Shown here: piece by piece, positions 27,321 through 36,089 of the stretch | How the letters are laid out: the number at the start of each line of letters is the position of its first letter | How positions within the stretch are numbered: position 1 is the stretch's first letter | Assembly: GCA_043739185.1 (NCBI GenBank) | Contig: JAYUEN010000221.1 | Location: 1 to 43,761, forward strand | DNA: 43,761 nucleotides | Direction: 5' to 3' | Origin: Bdellovibrionales bacterium | GTDB taxonomy: Bacteria > Bdellovibrionota > Bdellovibrionia > Bdellovibrionales > JAMPXM01 | Notes under the pieces: generated by a model | The model's database searches: none | Seen by the model: only the letters and a program-made list of their open reading frames with translations | Told to the model about the DNA's origin: nothing | Translations under genes and position numbers: made by a program

Positions 27321-29816
27321 GTGGAAAACTTTTCGGGATTTTTAATGGGGGAAAATATGTGGATGGGAGTGCTCGGATGCATTTTCGTCACATTTGTAAT
27401 CGGATTTACCGGAGCCCCCTTTATCTTTTGGGCAATAGCAATCGCAGCCGTACTAATGGGATACGGCGCACCCATTTGGCTGATTGCTGTTTTTGCCGTT
27501 GTGGCACTAGTTTTTCTAGTAAAACCCGTACGACAAATTGCGGTTTCAAGTCCCTTAATGAAAGTATTAAAGGCTTTGCAATTTATCCCAAATATTTCAG
27601 CAACTGAAAGGACAGCTCTTGAAGCCGGGGTTGTGTGGGTTGAAGCCGATCTTTTTTCTGGTAAACCTGATTTTAACAAGATTTTGAAAGAGCCCTATCC
27701 CGAGTTGACACTTGAAGAACAAGCTTTTTTAAATGGCCCAGTTGAAAGACTTTGTGATGTTATGAGTGACTGGGAAGTTTGGGAAAAGCGCGAAATCCCT
27801 CCGGCGGCTTGGGACATAATTAAGAAAGAAAGATTTTTAGGAATGATTATTCCTAAAGAATATGGCGGCCTCGGATTTTCAGCGATGGCACATTCAGAAG
27901 TCATTATGAAAATTTCAAGTCGCTCAATGGCTGGCGCGATCACTGTAATGGTTCCAAATTCTTTGGGCCCTGCTGAGCTACTTATTCATTACGGAACTGA
28001 GGAACAAAAGAAAAATTTATTACCTAAACTTGCAATTGGTGAAGAGATTCCATGCTTCGCATTGACTGAGCCTACTGCGGGTTCAGATGCTGGTTCGATA
28101 ACTTCCGATGGAGTTCTTTTTAGAGGCGAAGACGGCAAACTTTATATGAAATTAAATTGGAATAAGCGGTGGATTACGCTTGCCGCTATTGCCACAACAC
28201 TGGGCCTTGCCTTTAGATTGAGAGATCCACAAAATCTTTTGGGACGAGGAGAAGATCTTGGAATTACTTGCGCTTTGATCCCAGCAAAAACTCCAGGAGT
28301 TGTCCTTGGACGCAGACACGATCCACTCGGTGTTCCTTTTTACAATTGTCCGACTCAAGGTAAAGATGTGGTTGTTAGCATAGACGCTATCGTCGGAGGC
28401 ATTGAAGGCGCCGGCCGTGGTTGGAAAATGTTGATGGAGTGTCTCGCTGCAGGTCGCGGAATTTCTCTTCCGGGACAAGGTGCCGGCGGAGCCAAACTAA
28501 CTACCAAAGTCGCAAGCGCACATTCAGCAATTAGAAAGCAGTTCGGAACAGCAATTGGAAAGTTTGAAGGAGTCGAAGAACCACTCGCACGAATTGCAGG
28601 ATTTAACTATATAATTGAGTCATTCAGAAGATTCACCCTGGGCGCCCTCGATAAGGGCATTAAGCCTGCCGTGATCACTGCGATTGCAAAATATCACTCA
28701 ACTGAATTGGGTCGACGAATCATTAATGACGGTATGGATATATTGGGTGGAGCTGGAATTTCACGAGGACCACGAAATACTCTTGCCAATATTTATATTG
28801 CGACACCAATCGGCATTACAGTTGAGGGCGCGAATATTATGACTCGCACTTTGATTATTTTTGGACAAGGCGCTTTGCGCGCGCATCCTTATGCTTTTAA
28901 AGAAGTCGATGCGATTGAAAAAGGCGATACCAAGGCCTTTGATCGCGCCTTTTGGGGACACATCAATCATATTGTGAGAAATCTTTTTAGATCGATTGGC
29001 TTGAGTCTCACTCGCGGCTGGCTTGCAGGCTGGCCTCGTGGCGGAAGCGTAAGTCAGTACTATCGAAAACTTTCTTGGACTTCGGCTTCATTTGCAATCA
29101 TGGCCGACATCGCCATGGGCTCGTTGGGTGGCCAACTCAAGATGAAAGAGAAAATCACCGGACGTTACGCTGATATTTTATCTTGGATGTATATCGGCAC
29201 TTCTGTTTTACGCAGATTTGAAGCCGACGGAAAACGCAAAGAAGATATTCCGTTTGTGCACTTTGCAATGGGACATGCGCTCTATGAAATTCAAAAGGCG
29301 TTTGACGGAATTTTCTCAAATCTCGAAGTTCCTTTAGTTGGATGGTTCATTCGTGGCCCGATTCGCATTTGGTCCAATTTCAATCCACTTGGTGGAGAGC
29401 AAATTGATAAGCATACTCATAAAATCGCAAGTTTGATTTTGTCTGATAGCGAACAAAGAGATCGCCACACATCCGGAATTTATATTTCTCAAGATCCCGA
29501 TGATGCGGTCAATCGTCTCGAACGTACTTTTAAAGTGGTGAAACTTGCTGAAGTAATTGAAAAGAAAGTACGAAAAGCAGTTAAAGCTAAGACCATTGCA
29601 AAAGCCAAAGGGCCGGCGTTGATAAAATCCGCTCTAGATGCGAAAGTGATCACTCAAGAAGAGTTTGATACCCTCACCTTGGCTGAGAAAATGCGCTACG
29701 ATGCAATTCAAGTCGACGATTTCTCACAGGAAGAATATGTACACCATAGCGGCGTAAAACCCCGCGAGACTGTAGCAAAGAATACGACAACTGAAACGCT
29801 TAGAAGAGCACATTAG
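27321..29816 (+). CDS. fadE: Acyl-CoA dehydrogenase FadE (long, membrane-anchored type)
   Basis: ISATERTALEAG, VMVPNSLGPAELL, CFALTEPTAGSDA, ITVEGANIMTR, C-terminal IQVDDF; GGAGG RBS. Confidence 0.95.
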   Translation: MENFSGFLMGENMWMGVLGCIFVTFVIGFTGAPFIFWAIAIAAVLMGYGAPIWLIAVFAVVALVFLVKPVRQIAVSSPLMKVLKALQFIPNISATERTALEAGVVWVEADLFSGKPDFNKILKEPYPELTLEEQAFLNGPVERLCDVMSDWEVWEKREIPPAAWDIIKKERFLGMIIPKEYGGLGFSAMAHSEVIMKISSRSMAGAITVMVPNSLGPAELLIHYGTEEQKKNLLPKLAIGEEIPCFALTEPTAGSDAGSITSDGVLFRGEDGKLYMKLNWNKRWITLAAIATTLGLAFRLRDPQNLLGRGEDLGITCALIPAKTPGVVLGRRHDPLGVPFYNCPTQGKDVVVSIDAIVGGIEGAGRGWKMLMECLAAGRGISLPGQGAGGAKLTTKVASAHSAIRKQFGTAIGKFEGVEEPLARIAGFNYIIESFRRFTLGALDKGIKPAVITAIAKYHSTELGRRIINDGMDILGGAGISRGPRNTLANIYIATPIGITVEGANIMTRTLIIFGQGALRAHPYAFKEVDAIEKGDTKAFDRAFWGHINHIVRNLFRSIGLSLTRGWLAGWPRGGSVSQYYRKLSWTSASFAIMADIAMGSLGGQLKMKEKITGRYADILSWMYIGTSVLRRFEADGKRKEDIPFVHFAMGHALYEIQKAFDGIFSNLEVPLVGWFIRGPIRIWSNFNPLGGEQIDKHTHKIASLILSDSEQRDRHTSGIYISQDPDDAVNRLERTFKVVKLAEVIEKKVRKAVKAKTIAKAKGPALIKSALDAKVITQEEFDTLTLAEKMRYDAIQVDDFSQEEYVHHSGVKPRETVAKNTTTETLRRAH

Positions 29817-29834
29817 TATTTAAGGAATTTTATT

Positions 29835-29857
29835 GGGCCTCAATATTATTGGGGCCT
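29835..29857. terminator. Hairpin between convergent genes
   Basis: GGGCCTCAAT/ATTGGGGCCT stem including G-U pairs on the + strand. Confidence 0.5.
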
Positions 29858-30566
29858 ACTGAAAACATTCTTGCGACAAGAAACCCGAGCCTTTTTTATG
29901 AAAGGCCTTATACCAATCCCCTGTTTGCTCCACCCACAATTTCTTGGCACCTTTAACTACCAATATCTGTGGGCTCGCTTTGTCTGTATCCGCATACATC
30001 ACACAGTCGCCGCCATTGGTGGTCTTAAAGCCTTGTTTGAATTGAACCGATGCCGAGCCTCGTTCGGCCTCTTGCTTTGGCTTTGGCTTCATTTTAACTT
30101 GGAGCTCGGCCGCGGGCGGTTCCTCAGTGGGAACGACTTCAGTATTTGTAGCCATTTTCCCATCAGGGTTCTCTGCTTTCGACATATCTTCAGATTTTTT
30201 CAAAACCTTTGCCGGCGTCTTCTTTTCGGCAGCCGGCGCTTGCGCTGCTTCTGGGTTTTGCATTTGATCAAAAGCATCGCCCTTAGTTCCGGTCGCAGCT
30301 TGATCGTCATCTTCCTCATTGGTAGCAGGGACTCTTGGTTTTTTTGAATCCTTGCCCTTTGACTTCTTCGCACTCACCTTATTTTCAGGCGCAGCCTCTG
30401 GCAATTTATCAATCTCAACTCTTGGCATTTCGTAGTCTGCCTCACCCTCGTCTAAAAAAACATTCGAAGCACCGCCAGAAGACTTTTCTTCAGCTCTCAA
30501 TGCATGATGAAAAATAAATACTGCAAAAGCGGTCCCAAAAATCACAATCCATAGTTTTGCGTTCAT
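29856..30566 (-). CDS. Secreted, largely disordered protein with C-terminal SH3b-like domain
   Basis: Signal peptide; charged/Ala/Pro linker; CVMYADTDKASPQILVVKGAKKLWVEQTGDWYKAFHKKGSGFL resembles SH3b; GGAG RBS before ATG 30566. Confidence 0.65.
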   Translation of the reverse strand: MNAKLWIVIFGTAFAVFIFHHALRAEEKSSGGASNVFLDEGEADYEMPRVEIDKLPEAAPENKVSAKKSKGKDSKKPRVPATNEEDDDQAATGTKGDAFDQMQNPEAAQAPAAEKKTPAKVLKKSEDMSKAENPDGKMATNTEVVPTEEPPAAELQVKMKPKPKQEAERGSASVQFKQGFKTTNGGDCVMYADTDKASPQILVVKGAKKLWVEQTGDWYKAFHKKGSGFLSQECFQ

Positions 30567-30611
30567 GAGTATCTCCATCCCAACTTGAAATCTCAGTTTG
30601 ACCCAGTTTTC

Positions 30612-30638
30612 CTATCGGAATCTCAGTCCAGAACGTTA
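30612..30638 (-). promoter_or_regulatory. Sigma28-like promoter
   Basis: Minus strand TAAC-N15-TCCGATAG. Confidence 0.55.
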
Positions 30639-30833
30639 AGGCTAGGTGCTACAATTTGTTGGCGGTTTTTGGGACATTTTTTTGGAACAAAACTAAGGGC
30701 AATATGCAAAAGTCGCTTCAATGGTTTGCTTTTTTTCTTTGTTTTTAAGCACTTTAGACCTATCCTAATCTATGTCGAGTTTAACTTGACCAAGGATGCA
30801 ACCTAGAAAGCTGAGGACCTTCCGACGAAAACC

Positions 30834-32462
30834 TTGCTCTTTCCGTTTAATAAAAACTTTGATCTCAGCCAGTTCTTTCGTCTAGAAAATATTGTCGAAG
30901 GTGCTCAGCCTAACTGCAGCTCATTTGTTTCTCGCCATGATCCTCACAATATCGAAATTAAAACCGTATTTGAAATTGCCAATGGTGCTTTTGAAAGCGA
31001 GCTTGATGTCTATCTCTTTGTGCCGCGAAATTTTGGCATTAAGCTAGAAGATCGGCTAGATCTTTTAAAGGATATTCGCGCCCGACTCAAACTCTCAGTA
31101 CCTTTTCACGGAGACCAAAACAATCAAGGATTAAAAGAAATTCTCATTCGACTTCAAAAATCAGTAGATCAATGTCGTGATCCCTCTTTAGAGATGCTTG
31201 GGAATGAACAAGATGCTCAAGCCGCAGATATCATGGTTGAAGAGGCAAGAGATCTTTGCGCCCTTGTGACCGAAAGCTTTAAGCAATCGGCAAATGAACT
31301 TTCAAAACAAGTTTTTTTAAGTCATAACCTTTTGAGCAATATTCATTCGACCGTCAAGAGTCTCAATGAACTTGAAGGACAATTGCATAAAAAATCCGAA
31401 ATTATGAATGAAGTTCGGAATGTCATTGTTACAAATTCAAGTCCGCAAATTCTCAAGCTGCTCAATGAGTTTTTGAGCTATGTTTATATTCAATATCTGG
31501 CTGCGGTGAGATTTGAGTTGGATAGCACCGAACTCACAGAAGAAGTGAAGTCCAACCTAGATTACCAGTCGGCTCGTAGTAAATTAGAAATTTGCATGAG
31601 TGAACTTCAAGAGAAAGAAGCAGCTCACCGTTACCGCGTCGGATTGCGATTCGATCCCGAAGAAACTGAAAAAGAACGCGAACTTCGTTTGATGAAGCTC
31701 AGCCATTTGAAAAAGTTTTTTCAATCTAAAAGTTTTGTAGATTTCACGACTAAAAATAATGTTAAAAGAATACATGAAACTCTAGCCACTTTGGGAACAC
31801 TACTGGCTGCGCTTGCTGTTGCCGGTCTTGAAAGTTTTAAAGATTCAGGCGCAACGCAAGTCACTTTTAAGGGTCTTTTCCTTTTGAGCTTCGGGGTCAT
31901 TGCCTACGTTTTGCGGGATCGCTTAAAGGATTGGACTAAACAATTATTAAATAAGAAAGCCAGCGCTTATATTCCGGACGTTGAAAATAATCTTTGGGCA
32001 CAAAATAAAAAGATGGGTTTTGTTCGCGAATGGTTGCGAGTTGAAAGTAAGAAATCAATTCCAATGACTATATCCGTAAAACGCCAAGGTGTTGAAGGCA
32101 GCGATCTTGAGAAAGCTCTAGCCGAAGATGTCCTTCACTATCGAAAAATTCAAAATATTTCAAGACATGCTTCTGATTTCAAATCGCACTCTGGCGTGAG
32201 TGCTGTTCACGAAAATTTAAGGATCAATCTTGCGCGCTACCTCAAACATATGGATGATCCTTATAAAGATTTGGCAGAGTTAGATGCCTGGGGCGCAATT
32301 AAGAAAAGTAAATCAAGAAGAGTTTATCATTTTTATGTCTGTGTTAACCTCAAATACAGTTCGACCAAAGCTCATCACAGTTCCGCACCTGTTCATGAAC
32401 AACTGGTGATTTCAAGAGTTGTTATGGATAAAAATGGCGTGGTACGCGTTGAAGAAACTTAA
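30834..32462 (+). CDS. Hypothetical membrane protein (large soluble domains around a 2-TM hairpin)
   Basis: 542-aa ORF; hydrophobic segments LATLGTLLAALAVAGL and GLFLLSFGVIAYVL; start uncertain. Confidence 0.75.
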   Translation: MLFPFNKNFDLSQFFRLENIVEGAQPNCSSFVSRHDPHNIEIKTVFEIANGAFESELDVYLFVPRNFGIKLEDRLDLLKDIRARLKLSVPFHGDQNNQGLKEILIRLQKSVDQCRDPSLEMLGNEQDAQAADIMVEEARDLCALVTESFKQSANELSKQVFLSHNLLSNIHSTVKSLNELEGQLHKKSEIMNEVRNVIVTNSSPQILKLLNEFLSYVYIQYLAAVRFELDSTELTEEVKSNLDYQSARSKLEICMSELQEKEAAHRYRVGLRFDPEETEKERELRLMKLSHLKKFFQSKSFVDFTTKNNVKRIHETLATLGTLLAALAVAGLESFKDSGATQVTFKGLFLLSFGVIAYVLRDRLKDWTKQLLNKKASAYIPDVENNLWAQNKKMGFVREWLRVESKKSIPMTISVKRQGVEGSDLEKALAEDVLHYRKIQNISRHASDFKSHSGVSAVHENLRINLARYLKHMDDPYKDLAELDAWGAIKKSKSRRVYHFYVCVNLKYSSTKAHHSSAPVHEQLVISRVVMDKNGVVRVEET

Positions 32463-32623
32463 TTCAGTTGGTCTTCTACACTAGAAATCAAATCAGTTTT
32501 AACGGCAGCAGCGGCCGTCAACCGTTTGCCAGTTTCGGTAGGCAGATTTCAGTGGGATCCAGACTCTGATTCTGGATCAGCTGCTGTTGACTGATTCCTG
32601 AATTCCAGCTGCCGAACGCTGAA
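32463..32623. ncRNA. Candidate structured non-coding RNA, family unrecognised
   Basis: Nested inverted repeats in an intergenic region that is more GC-rich than the other spacers (details in findings). Confidence 0.4.
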
Positions 32624-32646
32624 GTTTTCACTACTTTACCAAGCGG

Positions 32647-32683
32647 AAGAAGAAAGAACTCAAGATGTTTATTATCTTGAGTT
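32647..32683 (-). terminator. Intrinsic terminator of the coiled-coil gene
   Basis: Perfect 10-bp stem AACTCAAGAT/ATCTTGAGTT (32657-32683) followed by CTTTCTTCTT on the minus strand. Confidence 0.7.
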
Positions 32684-32684
32684 A

Positions 32685-33404
32685 CTAATCCAAACTCAAT
32701 TCATCTGAACTCGAACCAATTGAACTCAATTTGTTCTTAGCCGAATTTGATCGGGTTTGATTTTGAATTTGAAGACGCTCGGTTTGTGCCTGTAATTTGA
32801 CGACACTCGATTTCAATCGATAAACCTCGGCCACTTTACTTACTCTGCGCTTATCTATATTTTTCTTTATGCGTTGCTCGCGCTGAAGAAGGGCCGTCAA
32901 CTGACGCTCTTGTTTTAAAAGATCTTTGCGTTGCTGTTCTACTTGTCCAAGAGATTCTTTCGCTTTTTTTGTACGCTCTTCGGCTTTGGCTTTTTGATCT
33001 CGCACTTTCTCGAGGCGCTTTTCTAAAACTGAAACTTCTTTTTGTTCTTTAGCTAAAATCTGCTCAAAACGTCTGGCTTGCTTTTCAGATTCAAATTTTT
33101 CTTTTTTGGTAACATTATAACTTTCAGAAGATCGTTTTGCCCTTTTTTCTGCCTCGAGTTTTTGATTTTTGAGGCGAGAAATTTTATTCTTTAAACCGTT
33201 AATATCTTTATTGAGCTGACGTGTTTCAATATTGGTTTGCGTAGCGTAGTCGTCATAAGAATAGCCCTCGACTTCTTCAACTTGTGAGTCCATTCGCATT
33301 TGTTCAACTTGATCGTCTTTGTCAGTTAAATTCGAAGCGTAAAGTTTTGACGATACCGCCAAACACATCCCCAAAATAATAGATAATAACAACGCCCGTT
33401 TCAT
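32685..33404 (-). CDS. Secreted basic coiled-coil protein
   Basis: GGAGG RBS; signal peptide MKRALLLSIILGMCLAVSSKLYA; long K/E/Q/R-rich helix. Confidence 0.8.
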   Translation of the reverse strand: MKRALLLSIILGMCLAVSSKLYASNLTDKDDQVEQMRMDSQVEEVEGYSYDDYATQTNIETRQLNKDINGLKNKISRLKNQKLEAEKRAKRSSESYNVTKKEKFESEKQARRFEQILAKEQKEVSVLEKRLEKVRDQKAKAEERTKKAKESLGQVEQQRKDLLKQERQLTALLQREQRIKKNIDKRRVSKVAEVYRLKSSVVKLQAQTERLQIQNQTRSNSAKNKLSSIGSSSDELSLD

Positions 33405-33433
33405 AAATGCCTCCATAGTCTACTGCGCATTTG

Positions 33434-33450
33434 AGCAAGCGCTATGCCGA
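33434..33450 (-). promoter_or_regulatory. Sigma54-like promoter
   Basis: Minus strand TCGGCATAGCGCTTGCT = GG-N10-GC, close to TGGCAC-N5-TTGC. Confidence 0.6.
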
Positions 33451-33520
33451 GCTTAAAAAGCATTTTAAGGCATTTGGCCTAAGACTGGCATGAAGGCTTT
33501 TCAATCGAGGGCGAGGATTG

Positions 33521-34462
33521 TCACAGATTTTGAAATAGTTGATCTGCCGGGACTTTTTTCTTAATGAGTTTAAGTACAAGCAGCTGCTCAATAAGCTCAG
33601 ACCATCTCGCCTGGGTCATAGTTCCGATTCCAAACTTTTTAGTTTCTTCAGTCTCAATCAATGAACGTTGAATTTCAGCGCTCTTTTTTAAGCTTTCTAG
33701 ATCAACAGATGGATTCAAAGCATTCATATAGACATTCGCCTGTTCCGGATTAGTGAGATAGGCCGCAAGGCCTTCTCGCATCGCCGTCACTAAGCTTTTA
33801 ACTATATCGGGCTTGTTCTTAAGCACATCTGCTCTCGTTACCAGCACCGTCGTATAAGGGTTGTATCCTGCTTCTGATACTAAGAAGCTTTTTGTCTTGT
33901 GATTTTTCTTTTCGGCACTAATGGGTTCTGAGGTTATAAAACATTGTTGAGAATATTTTGGGTCGGCTAAAAAATTACTTATTCCTCCGAGATAGGGGAC
34001 AATTTGAGCTTGAGAGTTCTTAAATTTCTGCATCAAAAACATTGCATAAGGTAGGCCTTTTTGCAGAGCGATCTTATTTGGAGAGGCAAAAACATCGGCA
34101 AAACTCTTAAAACCTGATTCTTCATGAGTCATGATTCCTTGAGCATTGGTTTGATAGGTAGCAAAGAGTGCAACAACTTTCGCGCCGTGACTTTGTGCTA
34201 TGACGACTTCATCAGCACTTGCAATCCCAAAATCGAATTGCGAGCCGGCTACCATTTGGACACTTGGTGTCCCGGCACCGCCCGGAATAATCTCAACCTT
34301 CAAATCATGCTTCTTAAATATCCCACCAAGCTGAGCTTGATAAATTCCACCGAATTCTGCCTCTGGCTTCCAATTCAGAGCAATCTTTATTTCTCTTTCA
34401 CTTGCAAAGGATTGAAAAGCACTCAGCATAGAAAAAATTAAAATCAGACCTCTTATTTTCAT
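33521..34462 (-). CDS. ABC transporter substrate-binding protein (NMT1/THI5-like)
   Basis: LNWKPEAEFGGIYQA, PGG, FITSEP; signal peptide from ATG 34462 with AAGGA RBS. Confidence 0.88.
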   Translation of the reverse strand: MKIRGLILIFSMLSAFQSFASEREIKIALNWKPEAEFGGIYQAQLGGIFKKHDLKVEIIPGGAGTPSVQMVAGSQFDFGIASADEVVIAQSHGAKVVALFATYQTNAQGIMTHEESGFKSFADVFASPNKIALQKGLPYAMFLMQKFKNSQAQIVPYLGGISNFLADPKYSQQCFITSEPISAEKKNHKTKSFLVSEAGYNPYTTVLVTRADVLKNKPDIVKSLVTAMREGLAAYLTNPEQANVYMNALNPSVDLESLKKSAEIQRSLIETEETKKFGIGTMTQARWSELIEQLLVLKLIKKKVPADQLFQNL

Positions 34463-34463
34463 A

Positions 34464-35228
34464 CTAATCCTTTCGAAGTTCTGAAGCATGCCAATGTTGT
34501 AAACTAAGTCGGCTAAAGAAATTAATTAGGCTGACAAAGAGTAGACCGATGAGAGCAGAAAGTAATACAGCAGCGAAAACCTTGTCCATGCGCTGTTGAG
34601 TGCGCGCCGAATCGACTACGCTTCCCAATCCTCCACCGGCTACAAACTCACCGACAATCGCACCAATGACGGCTAGTCCTGAAGCGATTCTCAAACCCGA
34701 GAAGATCTGAGGCAAAGCCGATGGAATCCTCAATTTAAAAAGAATTTGAATTCTATTTGCAGAATAGATTTTGAATAGATCAATGAGTAAGGGGTCGGCG
34801 CTGTCTAAGCCGAGAAGGACACTTGCAATGATCGGAAAAATTGAAACGATAAAAGCAGACGCCACAACAGTTGGCGGACCAAATCCAAACCAAATGACCA
34901 AAACTGGCGCTATCGCAATGATCGGTACTGTTTGAAAAAATATAGCAACCGGAAAAATTGCATCTCGCAGCCAATGTGACAAACTAAATAAAATGGCTAA
35001 GCTCGACCCCAAAACAAGACTAAGCAGAAGCCCGAGAGCTGCATAACTTGCAGTTTGTAATGCTCCCGCAAGCAATTCAATTCGATCTTGAAAAAGTGCC
35101 AATAAAATTTCGGAGGGGGCGGGCAATACAAAGGATTGAATAATATTAAGACGAACTAATATTTCAAATGTGACAAAGCTTGCCAAAATACTAATAAGAG
35201 GTGCAAGGATCTTTGAATTTACTTTCAT
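34464..35228 (-). CDS. NitT/TauT-family ABC permease
   Basis: LPAPSEI, QTVPIIAIAP, PSALPQIFSGLR, GAIVGEF. Confidence 0.93.
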   Translation of the reverse strand: MKVNSKILAPLISILASFVTFEILVRLNIIQSFVLPAPSEILLALFQDRIELLAGALQTASYAALGLLLSLVLGSSLAILFSLSHWLRDAIFPVAIFFQTVPIIAIAPVLVIWFGFGPPTVVASAFIVSIFPIIASVLLGLDSADPLLIDLFKIYSANRIQILFKLRIPSALPQIFSGLRIASGLAVIGAIVGEFVAGGGLGSVVDSARTQQRMDKVFAAVLLSALIGLLFVSLINFFSRLSLQHWHASELRKD

Positions 35229-36043
35229 TCGAGCTTTCCGCGCGTAGTTTCAAGCATAGATTCGCGCATAACCTCGCCCTTTGAAAAGCTTTGGGTGATT
35301 TGCTTTACCAATAAAATATAATTTGGATCAGAACGTAGATCCGCATCTCGAAATTGTGGCAAATTGATTTTTTGATCGAGAAGAATCTGGGTTGGCATCT
35401 GACTATTTTGTTTCGCATATGGGGAGCCGAGTAAAATCGCGCGCTCAGATAAAAATACGGCCTCACTGACTGAATGGGTAACAAAAATGACTGTCATCTT
35501 TTGGCGCTGCCAGATCGCACGCAATTCTTCTTGTAAACGAAAGCGCGTGTTTTCATCAAGGGCAGAGAAGGGTTCATCTAAAAGCAATAATTTAGGATTT
35601 GTTAGCAAGGCACGGGCCACCCCTGCTCGCATGCGCATTCCGCCAGATAATTGATGCGGATATTTTTCGATGTCGTTTGCTAAGCCAACAAGGTTTAGGA
35701 CTTCTCTGATAAGCCTGACTTTCTCATCTTTAGTATGTGGCTCTTGGATAAGTTCAAATACGAGTTCTAAATTTTCTCGCAAATTTCTCCAGGGGAGAAG
35801 ATTGGCGTCCTGAAAGACAAAGCTTTTTGAGGCTTGAGACTGCGAAAATTGAAGAGTTCCAGAAGTTGCGATCTCTAAACCCGCGATCAACCTCAAAAGC
35901 GTTGATTTTCCGCAACCAGAGGGGCCCAAGACAGCGACGAATTCTCCGGCATTTATATCGAGATTAAAATCTTCAATGATCGAGTTTTGAAGATAGCTCT
36001 TCGCAAGATTTTGAATTCGCAGCTCAATGCCCGGAGTTTGCAT
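35225..36043 (-). CDS. NitT/TauT-family ABC ATPase
   Basis: GPSGCGKST, LSGGM, LLLLDEPF, FVTH. Confidence 0.95.
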   Translation of the reverse strand: MQTPGIELRIQNLAKSYLQNSIIEDFNLDINAGEFVAVLGPSGCGKSTLLRLIAGLEIATSGTLQFSQSQASKSFVFQDANLLPWRNLRENLELVFELIQEPHTKDEKVRLIREVLNLVGLANDIEKYPHQLSGGMRMRAGVARALLTNPKLLLLDEPFSALDENTRFRLQEELRAIWQRQKMTVIFVTHSVSEAVFLSERAILLGSPYAKQNSQMPTQILLDQKINLPQFRDADLRSDPNYILLVKQITQSFSKGEVMRESMLETTRGKLE

Positions 36044-36089
36044 AACAAAACGCTAACATGATTTATTCCGTCCCTCAATGAGGACTTTT

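Noticed and set aside
32463..32594. 43 open codons in frame after the TAA of the 30834 gene (possible readthrough), and a 37-aa GTG ORF on the minus strand
   Set aside because: TAA is rarely read through, the minus ORF has no clear RBS, and these lengths are compatible with chance. RNA structure explains the region better.
36044..36089. TPP riboswitch upstream of the THI5-like ABC transporter
   Set aside because: The gap is only 46 nt and lacks the CTGAGA and CCTGAT-type consensus.
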